Shown here piece after piece: positions 11,467 through 20,995 of a stretch of 64,000 bases of DNA. The stretch spans positions 64,001 through 128,000 of the forward strand of contig CAWJIM010000019.1 in NCBI GenBank assembly GCA_963842945.1, written 5' to 3'. How positions within the stretch are numbered: position 1 is the stretch's first letter; each line of letters begins with the position of its first letter. Source of the stretch: an uncultured Gemmatimonadales bacterium. GTDB taxonomy: Bacteria; Gemmatimonadota; Gemmatimonadetes; Gemmatimonadales; GWC2-71-9. Under the pieces are notes generated by a model, which was not told the DNA's origin, ran no database searches, and worked only from the letters and a program-made list of their open reading frames with translations. Position numbers and translations under genes: made by a program.

Positions 11467-12382
11467 GGGGCTACGTCCTCCTGCTTCCGGAGAGAAAGGG
11501 TTTCCTGACGTTCAAAGCCGAAGTCCTCAATAGTGAATACCACGTCCCGTTCACGGATCTGCACCAGGCGCGAGCGGCCGACCTGGTCACCGGCACGGAG
11601 CTTGTGACGCTTGCCTCCGTCCTTCTCCCGGAACACCGCGATGCTCCCGCTGTGCGCCCGCAGATTCTGGTAGATGCCCACCAGCTGCAGGTCGGCCAGT
11701 TCCGGGCCGTTCTTGGCCATGTTGAGGAGTGAGTTGAACGGGTCCCGGGCCGCGCCGGAGTAGGCGAAGGTCTCCCGGGACAACTCCAGGTCCCTTGCTT
11801 TCTGAGCCGAATCCTGGGCGCCAGCATTGGCCGTGACAGAGTCGAGTAGTACCGGCATTGCGGCGGAAGGCTGCGGCGCGGCAGCCGGAGCCGGTTGCAC
11901 GGGCTCAGGCGCAGGCGCCGCCGGAGCGGCCGGAGCGCGGAGCCGCTGCGTGCACGGCAGAAGAAGCGTCGGCCTTGGGCTGCTGCTTGGCGCTGTCGCT
12001 CGAGGCGGCCGAGCGCCTGATTGGCGGCCAGCGTGCCCTGAGGCGCACCTTCCATCTGTTCGCAGGTCTGCTGGGCCTGAGTGGCGATCAGCTCCGGAGA
12101 CGGAGCCGGCGCCTTCTTCCGTTTGGCACTCCTGGTCTTCTTGAGCACCGGCTTGGACAGGTCGGCGCGTACCGAGTCGACGCAGGCCGCGTGGCGGACC
12201 ACCGCAATCGAGTCGGCAATGCGGCGTGCCTTCCTCAGGCTGTCGGTCCGGGCGCGGAGAGCTACCAGCCTGGCCTGGGCCGCTTTCTCTTCCTTATCTC
12301 CGTTGAGCGCTCCCTTGATGGTGGAGCAGCCCCCCAGCGCCAGGGCGGTGAGGAGAGCGAGCGCGAAGGCATTACGAGCCAC
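11463..12382 (-). CDS. PilP-like lipoprotein (frameshift near 11960-12010)
   Basis: Lipobox LALGGC and an Ala/Pro linker; the C-terminal frame has RDPF and LQLVGI...GDQVG, as in PilP; lies between pilO and pilQ. Confidence 0.7.
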
Positions 12383-13001
12383 TGGCCTCTCCTTCCGAGC
12401 TGGGGGATTTCACGTAGGTGCGAACCTGGAACTTGGCTTCCAACAGCGCGTTGGTGCTGTCGCCCAGGACTTTGGCCGTACTGCCGGTGGCGGCGGCCAC
12501 GATGACATCATAGGGAACGATGATCCGCTGCAGACTGGCCACATCGGCCAGGAACTGACCGATCTGATCGTAGCGGCCGATCACCGACATGTTGTACTTG
12601 TAGGTGTTGAAAGGAGCGGGCCCCGGCTCAACCGGCTGAGGCACCACCTGCGACAGCGTGACTCCGCGGATCTTCCCGCGAGTCGAGATGTCGTCGAGCA
12701 GGTTGGGGACCTCGTTCCGCTCCGGGACCAGCCGGCGGAGCATCACCAGGCTGGCGCGGTAGGTTTCCAGACGCTTTCGCACGTCGGCCACCGTACCCCG
12801 GGCCAGCTCCTTCTTGGCGCTGTCCGTGGCCGCCTCGAACTTGGTGATGGTGTCCCGCATGGCCACGATCCGTTCGCGGGTGCCGGCAAGGCCGTGGATT
12901 CCGACCGCCTGGACGACCGCACCGGTATAGCCGATGTACCCCACCAGCAGCGCGAGCAGCAGGGCGAGGAGCGGGGTTCCCTTCTGTCCGGAGAGCTCCA
13001 T
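12372..13001 (-). CDS. pilO: Type IV pilus assembly protein PilO
   Basis: N-terminal TM, coiled coil, LVPERNEVPNLLDDI, GRYDQIGQFLADVASLQRII. Confidence 0.88.
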   Translation of the reverse strand: MELSGQKGTPLLALLLALLVGYIGYTGAVVQAVGIHGLAGTRERIVAMRDTITKFEAATDSAKKELARGTVADVRKRLETYRASLVMLRRLVPERNEVPNLLDDISTRGKIRGVTLSQVVPQPVEPGPAPFNTYKYNMSVIGRYDQIGQFLADVASLQRIIVPYDVIVAAATGSTAKVLGDSTNALLEAKFQVRTYVKSPSSEGEASGS

Positions 13002-13003
13002 GG

Positions 13004-13727
13004 TTACCTCACCGACTGGCTGAAGGGAGCCGTGCGGATATAGGCAGAATCGGCTCGGTTATAAGTGGCCCGTATGGTGAACGCCGTCACCGGACGCTCT
13101 TTCTCCACTACCGTCATAGCCGAGACCGGCATGACGTCCATGATCCAGGGCGATGCTTCCAGCTGCCGCAGGAACCGGGTGTAGGCCTGGATGTCGATCG
13201 TCCGGCCGTTGATCTGGAAGGTGAGCGGCGGCGGCGGAGGAGGTCGGGGCGGTGTCCGGCGCAGCGCCGGCCGGCTTGTTCTGCGCGACCGCGGCGGCGG
13301 CCGGAGCGGAAACGCCCAGATCTATCAGCCAGGTATAGGCCGGCAGCGCCTTGGTGATCTCGTCGAGCAGGTGAGGCCAGATGTAGCGGTCGCCGTCGAC
13401 GCTCTTGATCACGGTGATCTGCGCCAGCAGCGAGTCGCGAATCTTCTCCTGCCGCCGCTTGTCGGCCAGGAACGCCTTGAACCGCCGGTTCTCGGACCGG
13501 GCCTGCTCCAGACGGGGCTCCAGCACGTAGAGTTGGCGGAGATTATTGAGGTAAAGCAGCCCGAGCACCGCGATCACCAGGACCCAGGCGCCCACCGCAC
13601 CCATCAGGAGCGGGTCCTTGATCTTGGCGCTGAGCTCCTTGAAGACGCTCAGGTTGTCCAGCAGCCCCTTCAAGGGATTGCCGGCGCGCTTCCGCCGCTG
13701 GCCCGGTTTGAGATTGACAGTAATCAT
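13004..13727 (-). CDS. pilN: Type IV pilus assembly protein PilN (frameshift near 13230)
   Basis: MITVNLKP (INLLP-like PilM-binding motif), TM, LLDEITKALP; continues in another frame as FLRQLEASPW to TAA at 13004. Confidence 0.85.
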
Positions 13728-13752
13728 GAGTCGACGGATCCCTGGGTCGGGG

Positions 13753-14796
13753 TCAGGCTGCGCTACGCAGCGCGAGTCCGATCGGCAGCATCAGCAGCGG
13801 GGCCACTTCGTCCACCTGCATGGCGTCGAAGACGCCTTCCGCCACCTGCAACTTCTCGATCGGGTTGGCGAGCTGCACCGGGATCTTGAGCCGGTCACCC
13901 AGCGCACGGCTGAGCCGCGGGATCCGGGCGCCGCCGCCGGTGATGAAGATCCGGCCAATTCCGCCGGCGGACCGGCTGGCGGTCTGCAGAAACGCGCCGG
14001 CCCGCTCGATGCCCACTGCCAGCTCTTCGGTACGGGTCTGGAGAAACCCTTCCGGGATCTCGCCCGACCCGCCGCCCTGGAGCAGCTTTTCCGCCTCTTC
14101 GGCCGACTGACCCCGTTCCCGCTGCAGGTCCTCACGGAAGCGGCGGGTGCCGACCGGGATGTCGCGGGTCAGCACCGGGACACCGTCGTCCAGGATGTAG
14201 ATGTTGGTGTTCTCGTGCCCGACGTTCACCAGGGCGACCACCCCGTTCATGGCCTCGGGGTAGTTGATCTCGAACGCGTTGTGCAAGGCGAATGCGTCGA
14301 CGTCGATGATGCTGGGTTGGAGACCCACATCGGCCAGCAGGGCAAGCTTGTGCTCCACCAGCTCCCGCTTGGCCGCGACCAGAAGCACGGTCATCTGGAG
14401 TCCCTCACCGTAGGGATCCAGGATCTGGAAGTCGAGCTCGACGTTATCCATGTCGAACGGAACGTGCTGCTCGGCTTCCCAGCGAATGACCTCGCGCGCG
14501 TCGGCCTCTTGCATCCGGTCCATGGTGATCTTCTTCACGATCACATCACGGCCACCGACCGCGACAACCACCTGCTTCGTCTTCACGCCGGCCGTGGCCA
14601 TGCACTCCTTGATCGCTTCGGCCACGATTCCGGGGTCCATGATTTCGCCTTCGACGATGGCGTCGTTGCCGATCGAGGTGAACGCGACCTTGGTCAGAAC
14701 CGGACCGCCGGACGCGTGGGAAACCGCGACGAGCTTGATGAGGCCGCTGCCGATATCCAGGCCGACCGTCGTCGCCTTGCGTCCGAAGAGTCCCAT
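13753..14796 (-). CDS. pilM: Type IV pilus assembly actin-like protein PilM
   Basis: VGLDIGSGLIK, EAEQHVPF, LLVAAKRE, IDVDAFAL, ITGGGA, IGLALR. Confidence 0.95.
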   Translation of the reverse strand: MGLFGRKATTVGLDIGSGLIKLVAVSHASGGPVLTKVAFTSIGNDAIVEGEIMDPGIVAEAIKECMATAGVKTKQVVVAVGGRDVIVKKITMDRMQEADAREVIRWEAEQHVPFDMDNVELDFQILDPYGEGLQMTVLLVAAKRELVEHKLALLADVGLQPSIIDVDAFALHNAFEINYPEAMNGVVALVNVGHENTNIYILDDGVPVLTRDIPVGTRRFREDLQRERGQSAEEAEKLLQGGGSGEIPEGFLQTRTEELAVGIERAGAFLQTASRSAGGIGRIFITGGGARIPRLSRALGDRLKIPVQLANPIEKLQVAEGVFDAMQVDEVAPLLMLPIGLALRSAA

Positions 14797-14843
14797 ACGT
14801 GTCCGCGGGTTAAGGAGGCGTCAGGAAATCTTGGCGGTCAGAG

Positions 14844-14859
14844 GGCAACCGATGTGCCA
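14844..14859 (-). promoter_or_regulatory. Sigma-54 -24/-12 promoter of the pilMNOPQ operon
   Basis: Minus strand TGGCAC-atcgg-TTGCC, about 48 nt upstream of the pilM ATG. Confidence 0.85.
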
Positions 14860-15021
14860 CACAAATTGCAGTTTGGTAATCGCTTACGCGACGATCATTT
14901 AACCGGGGAAAAATCAGTTCGCTGCAGTAACTTCACTGGAGCGCATCTTCTCTTTCGCAAGCTGTCTCTCGGGATGCAGCAGTGGCGACAAGGTGTTGAG
15001 CAGCACTGCAAGTTCTGGCAG

Positions 15022-15498
15022 CTAGTACAGTTGGAGCCACGCCCGTTGCCCAATCGGCCGCAGAACCTGCGACCCTGAGGCAGAATCAGGCACCAGACGG
15101 GTTAGCAACCCGGTCATGCTCGTGGCCAGCTCAGCTCCGGCCCCATCGAGCCGAGTGGCCCGGCTCTGGATCAGGAAAAGATTATCGGCCAGTCGGGCGA
15201 CCTTCCGCTGCAACCAGAATCCCTGGCTGGGCGAGCCTGGTCCGAGATCCAGGGGCGCACCTCCGATCGGCAGCGCAAGCAGCGCCGGTCCAGAGACCTC
15301 CGACACAATGTGCCACAGCTCTCCCTGAGCGAGCTCTGACGCTTCAGTAACGAAGAGAATGTTCCTGCCGCTCTGCTGTTCCAGCAGTCCCACCAGGAAG
15401 TTGCCCGCCACCATGCCGCCGATGATGACGAGCGCAAACAGGGCAAGCGCCAGGGCCATTCCCCGTTCGTCCCGAGCCATGCGGTCAGTATTGAGCAT
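15022..15498 (-). CDS. PilX-like minor pilin
   Basis: Class III signal ERG|MALALALFAL lacking Glu5, as is typical of PilX/GspK; third gene of the minor pilin cluster. Confidence 0.75.
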   Translation of the reverse strand: MLNTDRMARDERGMALALALFALVIIGGMVAGNFLVGLLEQQSGRNILFVTEASELAQGELWHIVSEVSGPALLALPIGGAPLDLGPGSPSQGFWLQRKVARLADNLFLIQSRATRLDGAGAELATSMTGLLTRLVPDSASGSQVLRPIGQRAWLQLY

Positions 15499-16324
15499 TC
15501 TTCAGCGCGATCTGCGTACTCAGCGCTTCGGTCAGCGGCTGGGCCGGAGAATTATCCTCGTTTGTGCTGGCCCCGCGGATGCTCACGGTAATGCTCTTGA
15601 CCAAACTGGGAGTTACGGTGGCCATCTGAGCGGCATCAGTGTAACTGAGACGGAACCCCTCAGCTGTTGCCAATGGTCCAAAGATCGGCTGGATGGCCTC
15701 GCCCGAGCTGATTGACCGCAGGCCCAGCCACCACTGCCCATCAGATTGGTATGCTGCGAGCTCCATTGGCTCGTAGATGCGTACCGGCGTACCAGCGGGT
15801 ACCGTACCAATGCCAGCCGGCAGCGTCAGGGAAATGGCTGGCACTCCTCCTCCGCAGGTGCTCGAGGACGATACGGCAATAATGCCGGCAGTGATCCAGG
15901 CGGAATCCGTCGGGGTGGGCATTCCCGAGAGGTAGAGCAGGGCGCTATCTCGACCCGCCTGCGGATCTCGATAGGCGAAAAAGGCGCTGCGGCTGATGCG
16001 CAGGAGTCCCGGTCCCGCCGTTTGGCAGGTGTAGCCGAAACCTCGCATGGCTCGGTAGGAGATGGCGTGGGGGCCCAGGCTGAGCAGATCGTTTGCGGGG
16101 CCGCTCCCGCCCGCCGCGGTGCTGAGCTCCCGCAACTCGTTGCCTGCCACGAGTGCAGCTCCGCGCACATTGGACTGAAGCGCAATGTGCTCTGCCTGAC
16201 TCCGGGTGAGACGGACCGTGCTCAGCAGCATGCGGTGCACCGATCCGCTGACCATGAGCAGCAGCACCATGGCCAACAGGGTTTCGGCCAATGTAAACCC
16301 GCGCCGGCCCCTGAGGATCAACAC
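15485..16324 (-). CDS. PilW-like minor pilin
   Basis: RRG|FTLAETLLAM prepilin motif; C-terminal SITVSIRG...LSTQIALKN. Confidence 0.8.
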   Translation of the reverse strand: MLILRGRRGFTLAETLLAMVLLLMVSGSVHRMLLSTVRLTRSQAEHIALQSNVRGAALVAGNELRELSTAAGGSGPANDLLSLGPHAISYRAMRGFGYTCQTAGPGLLRISRSAFFAYRDPQAGRDSALLYLSGMPTPTDSAWITAGIIAVSSSSTCGGGVPAISLTLPAGIGTVPAGTPVRIYEPMELAAYQSDGQWWLGLRSISSGEAIQPIFGPLATAEGFRLSYTDAAQMATVTPSLVKSITVSIRGASTNEDNSPAQPLTEALSTQIALKNAQY

Positions 16325-16686
16325 GGGATGCCGGTTTCCAGCACGGCCGAGCGACTGCCTCGAATGGTGAGGTATGAGACGCTGACCCGAACCTTCCGCA
16401 CCGGGCCTGCGGGATCGACGGTCCAGGACTGGCGCAGCCCGTCTTCCCAGACCGGCCCTCCGCTGCTAAAGCTGGGCGAGGTGCATCGGGGCGACGTGGA
16501 CGCTGCAGCCGTTCTGAGCTTTTCCACCCTGCGGGCAGCGAGCACCGCGGCATGAGTTTCCACTCTCCCCCGGCCAATCATTCGATTGACCATGGCGGAT
16601 GAGCCGCTAAGGGCGAGGATTCCAACGCCCAGGATGATGAGGGCCACCATAACCTCGATCAGAGTGAAGCCGGCGGTGGTTTTCAC
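16318..16686 (-). CDS. PilV-like minor pilin
   Basis: AG|FTLIEVMVAL prepilin motif; GTG start preceded by a GGAGG SD. Confidence 0.85.
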   Translation of the reverse strand: MKTTAGFTLIEVMVALIILGVGILALSGSSAMVNRMIGRGRVETHAAVLAARRVEKLRTAAASTSPRCTSPSFSSGGPVWEDGLRQSWTVDPAGPVRKVRVSVSYLTIRGSRSAVLETGIPC

Positions 16687-16773
16687 TGCTCACCTCCACT
16701 GGTTCGACGTCACAAGGTGCGGCATTCCCCAGCTGATGCGGGTACCGGTTTCGTGCGGAGCGGGCTGAAGACG

Positions 16774-16923
16774 GGCGGAACGACGGAATGTAGGGAACGA
16801 CGGAACGACGGAACGATGGAGGACTGTGGAAACGTGGAGAAGGCGGAACGTGAGGACAGCAGCGGGAAGTGTCGGTTAACGTCCTTCCGACCTTCCGACC
16901 TTCCGTCGTTCCGTCGTTCCGCC
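16774..16923. repeat. Inverted tandem-repeat element with octamer CGGAACGA
   Basis: Perfect 15-bp terminal IR ggcggaacgacggaa (16774-16788) / ttccgtcgttccgcc (16909-16923). Both arms carry several CGGAACGA/CGGAAGGT units, and the right end overlaps the response regulator stop codon. Confidence 0.9.
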
Positions 16924-18269
16924 TACGCCGCCGGTAACCGCCGAAGCTTGTAGAAGAGCGTGCGAAGGCTGATGCCCAGCAGGTTCGCTGCCTGCCGGCG
17001 ATTTCCCTTGGCGGCCTCGAGTGCGCGCTGAATGGCCGCCCGTTCCACCGCCTCGACCTGCGACTTGAGGTCGAGCGGCCCGGTGGGCGCGCCGTTTAGC
17101 GCCGTCGAGGTTCCCTCGGTCAGAGCGAAGTCCTTGCTGTCGAGCAGCCCGCCGGCGGACAGCACCGCGGCACGCTCGACGGCATTCCGGAGCTCGCGCA
17201 CGTTTCCAGGCCAGTTGTGGTGGGTCAGCGCGACCAGCGCGGCCGGGGTTACGCTGACCGGATGCCCCAACCGCTGGGCAACCTGGCGGGCGAAATGAGT
17301 GAGCAGCTCGGGAACGTCTTCCGGACGCTCGCGGAGTGGCGGAATGTGGAGCCGCACGACGTTCAGTCGGTAGTACAGATCGGACCGGAACTCCCCCCGC
17401 TCCACCGCCTGCTCCATGGGCTTGCCGGTAGCAGCCAGCACGCGGACGTCGATCTTCTTGGACTCGCGGGCGCCGAGTCGGCGGATCTCACCCTCTTCCA
17501 GCACCCGGAGCAGCTTGGCTTGCAGCGCCTGGGGCAGATCCGCGATTTCGTCGAGCAGCAGGGTCCCGCCGTTGGCGAGCTCGAAAAGGCCTGGATGATC
17601 CGAGGTGGCGCCGGTGAAGGCTCCCTTGGTATGACCGAACAGCTCGGATTCGAGCAGCTGCTCCGGAATAGCGGCGCAGTTGATGCCGGTGAAGCTGCGT
17701 TCGCCCCGGGGGCTCATCCGGTGGATGGCGCGGGCTATGACTTCCTTGCCGGTCCCACTCTCACCGGTGATCAGCACGGTGGTGTTGTGCCGGGCCACCC
17801 GGGCGGCCAGCTCGATCACGTCGCGCATGCCGCGACTCTGGGACACGACCAGATCGCCCACGGCGCCAATGCCCAGACTGGAGCGAAGGGCGTCAACCTC
17901 ACGCCGCAAGCGCTCCCGCTCCTCGGCCTTCCGAACGGTGAGAATCACTTCGTCGGGCTTGAACGGCTTCTGCAGATAGTCGTAGGCGCCTTCGCGCATG
18001 GCGGCAATGGCGGCGTCTTCGTCGCCGAAGGCACTCATCATGATGATCAGCGCCTGGCCGCTTTCCGCGCGATATCGCCGGAGAAAGGTGAGGCCGTCCA
18101 TTCCGGGCATCTTCACGTCGCAGAGGATGAGCTCGAATTCCTCCGCGATGGCGCGGGCGAGCGCCCGCTCGGGGTCGCCCTCGGCCTCTACCCCGTAGCC
18201 GGACTCGCCGAGCAGCAGCGCCAGCGATTGCCGGAACCCCGCGTCATCGTCAACGATCAGCAGCCGCAT
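16923..18269 (-). CDS. Sigma-54-dependent (NtrC-family) response regulator
   Basis: Receiver domain MRLLIVDDD...CDVKMPGMDG, GESGTGKE, GAFTGA, FRSDLYYRL, WPGNVREL, Fis-type HTH. Confidence 0.95.
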   Translation of the reverse strand: MRLLIVDDDAGFRQSLALLLGESGYGVEAEGDPERALARAIAEEFELILCDVKMPGMDGLTFLRRYRAESGQALIIMMSAFGDEDAAIAAMREGAYDYLQKPFKPDEVILTVRKAEERERLRREVDALRSSLGIGAVGDLVVSQSRGMRDVIELAARVARHNTTVLITGESGTGKEVIARAIHRMSPRGERSFTGINCAAIPEQLLESELFGHTKGAFTGATSDHPGLFELANGGTLLLDEIADLPQALQAKLLRVLEEGEIRRLGARESKKIDVRVLAATGKPMEQAVERGEFRSDLYYRLNVVRLHIPPLRERPEDVPELLTHFARQVAQRLGHPVSVTPAALVALTHHNWPGNVRELRNAVERAAVLSAGGLLDSKDFALTEGTSTALNGAPTGPLDLKSQVEAVERAAIQRALEAAKGNRRQAANLLGISLRTLFYKLRRLPAA

Positions 18270-19517
18270 CGGTCTCACCCGCGATTGGAAGAAATACCTT
18301 GAAGATGGCTCCACCTTCTCTCGCACGATCGACCCACACGGTGCCTCCGCATTCGTGCACCGTCCGCGCGACTATCGCTAATCCCAGTCCGGTGCCCTGA
18401 CCCGGATCCTTGGTGGTAAAGAACGGATCGAACACTCGCTCCCGGTCTTGCTCGGGCACGCCGGGGCCGTCATCGGCCACGTACAGCATTGCGCCGGGAG
18501 TTCCCGGTAACAGCTCTCGAGGCCGCGGCTCCGGCAACCAGGTGCGCTGGGGGTCCGGCTGATGCCCCTCGCCGTCGTCGCTCCGACTGGCCGTACGGCG
18601 CTGGCTCACCAGGACCTTGGGCAGCGTACCGACCACCACCCGCCCTCCGGGATTTGCCTGGCAGGCATTGACCACCAGGTTAACGATGACCTGTTCCAGC
18701 AGGTGCTGGTCACCTGGCACCAGGGGCACGCGTTGCGTCCAGCCGGATCTCGAACCGCTGTGACCGCAACAGTCCCTGAGCTTCCAGGAAGTCCATCACC
18801 TTCCGCACCGCGGCATTCAGATCCGTGGTCGCTGCGTCGCTGGATAGCGGCACCTTTAGCGGACCCGGGCCGGGCATAATCCACGAGACCTTGCACGATC
18901 CGTTCGATTCGATCGATGGCCTGGCGCATGTCACCGGTCACCTTCGGATCGGTCCCGCGCCGCTGAAGCACCTCGACGTATGTTCCGAGGGCGCCGAGTG
19001 GGTTTCGCACCTCGTGGGCGACGCCGGCGGCGAGTCGGCCGATTCCCGCCAGCTTCTCCACCCGGACCACCTGGCTCTGCGCGTCTAGCAAATTCTCCGC
19101 CATGATCCGATACCGCCCCGCCAGCAGCTCCAACTCGGCGGTTTCCTGGGGCACGTGGGCCGGAAACTGGCCGGTGGCGAGAGCATCGGCTTCGGCGGTG
19201 AGTCGCTGCAGCGGCCGGATGACCATCCGGTGCACGGCGTAGCCGCCGAAGAGCACGAACACCGTGGTGCTGCCCAGCCAAAGCGCCAGCAGCGGCCCCA
19301 GCAATTCCGCCAGGTCGTTGCCGGCGATGAGCACAGTGGTCAGCCCGGCCATGGCGACTGCCGACGAGGTGATGAAACCCAGCTCCACCACTAACGCGGT
19401 GCGGAGCGATACCCCTTTGCGCTTCGGCGGAACGTCAGCTTGCGTGACAGGTTCCGTGCTGCTCGCTGCTGCCAGGCCGCCCGGGAGTGGGGCGACCACC
19501 GGCGCTACGGCGTGCAC
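18250..19517 (-). CDS. Membrane HAMP sensor histidine kinase (two frameshifts; start uncertain)
   Basis: Two TMs, HAMP, H-box AHEVRNPL, N-box NLVVNA, DDGPG, FDPFFTTK, GTGLGL, spread over three ORF frames. Confidence 0.88.
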
Positions 19518-19894
19518 GCAATCTGGCCTTCAGCTGTGGCCGGGGCCGGCGCTGCCGCGGTGCCGACGAAGATCGAGCAGATGCGGCCGGTGGCGAAGTG
19601 AGTCGCGGTGGCGGCCCATCCCGCCGCCGACACGGCGCTCAGCGTGACCGTCACCCCAGGTGAGGTGTTATACGGCAACGTACCCGGCAACACACCGTTG
19701 TAGTACGTATTCGCGTTGGAGAAGTACCCTTCCTGCGCCGCCAGCAGGTTGTGCAGGTCTCCCCGCATGGAGGTGACGATCGCCCGCTCCTTGCCGTTGG
19801 CGAATTTGGGCACGGCGATGGCCACAAGGAGTCCGATGATCACGACCACGATCAGTAGCTCGATCAGCGTAAAGCCCTTGCTGTCGTACCTCAT
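19505..19894 (-). CDS. Type IV pilin (second, PilA-like paralog)
   Basis: KG|FTLIELLIVVVIIG; C-terminal Cys pair. Confidence 0.9.
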   Translation of the reverse strand: MRYDSKGFTLIELLIVVVIIGLLVAIAVPKFANGKERAIVTSMRGDLHNLLAAQEGYFSNANTYYNGVLPGTLPYNTSPGVTVTLSAVSAAGWAATATHFATGRICSIFVGTAAAPAPATAEGQIACTP

Positions 19895-20003
19895 CGGTGT
19901 CCCCTGGTGCGAGAACTGACGCTGATTACTCCATGATCCAGCTGACGCCCTACACCCTCTGGTCCGTTACCCAACCATCATCGGTTATGCGGTGGCAGGT
20001 GGA

Positions 20004-20039
20004 GAAAAGGGCGGCGACCGCTAGGACACCGCCCTTTCC
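20004..20039 (-). terminator. Intrinsic terminator after the major pilin
   Basis: Minus strand AAAGGGCGGTG-loop-CGCCGCCCTTTTCT. Confidence 0.75.
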
Positions 20040-20069
20040 CCCTACACTACGCTGCCTGTGGCGCTCAGC

Positions 20070-20501
20070 TTAGTAGCAAGCCGGCGCGCCTTCGGTGACT
20101 ACAGCCGCGTTCGGAGCGGCGGCCGAACCCACGTAGATGCCGCAGGTCTGGATGGCGCCCTTGATGGAGGCATTGGTGGCCGTCGCATTCCAACCAGCGG
20201 CGGTACAGGCACCCACGACCACGGCGTTACCGCTGGACGGCTGGAAGGCAACCGTACCACCGCAAGCACCACCCGCCACAGTGTTGACCTGAGCGGCGCC
20301 CAGGGCGGTGGAGTAGGTCTGGTTATCGCTGAAGAACCCTTCCTGCGCGGTAACCAGGTTACGCAGGTCCGACTTCATGCTGGCAAGAATCGCCTTCTCC
20401 TTCGTGTTGGCGAACTTCGGAATTGCGATCGCGGCCAAAATGCCGATGATCACGACCACGATCAACAGCTCGATTAGGGTAAAGCCCTTGCGGTTGCTCA
20501 T
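20070..20501 (-). CDS. pilA: Probable major type IVa pilin
   Basis: MSNRKG|FTLIELLIVVVIIGILAAIAIPKF; strong GGAGG SD, its own sigma-54 promoter and a downstream terminator; four Cys. Confidence 0.9.
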   Translation of the reverse strand: MSNRKGFTLIELLIVVVIIGILAAIAIPKFANTKEKAILASMKSDLRNLVTAQEGFFSDNQTYSTALGAAQVNTVAGGACGGTVAFQPSSGNAVVVGACTAAGWNATATNASIKGAIQTCGIYVGSAAAPNAAVVTEGAPACY

Positions 20502-20580
20502 TACTTCCTCCGGTTGAAGTGGTGCGCGGTCATCGGTGATACGGGATCGCTGAACACGTGGTGTAACCGGCAGCGGGTAA

Positions 20581-20596
20581 GGCAACACGTATGCCA
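20581..20596 (-). promoter_or_regulatory. Sigma-54 -24/-12 promoter of pilA
   Basis: Minus strand TGGCAT-acgtg-TTGCC, 80 nt upstream of the ATG. Confidence 0.82.
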
Positions 20597-20995
20597 CCCC
20601 CCCTCCCTGATGTTCAACGTGCATCCACGCCGCCAGTTAACCATTGCTTGCACTAGCGAATGCAAGAATTTCTGCCGAGCGCGGAGGCGGATTCTGCAAG
20701 AGCAGCCGATGGCCAGGTGGAGTGACGGAAGTTGCCTTGCGTCGGGCATTTGGTCGCATCCTTTCCGTGCCACGCTGAGCCAATTCACGGTTTGTCGCAT
20801 GGCCTGGGGAGAACGCCCGTGCCGCCGCGGTTAGCGGTACTGCGTCGGGCCGATCGAAATCGGGTCTCGCTACGAAGTCCTGACGCCAACATCACTTGCA
20901 ACCGACGAATGGGGAGTGCCAACTCTTGCATAGTTTTTGCCCGCCCGCCTCTCCACTCGCCGTCCACTTCCACCAGCTGGCCAGGGTTCCCCACG

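Noticed and set aside
11860..11950. GC-rich quasi-repeats in the pilP-like gene
   Set aside because: They are explained by a Pro/Ala linker, with no fixed period or inverted partner.
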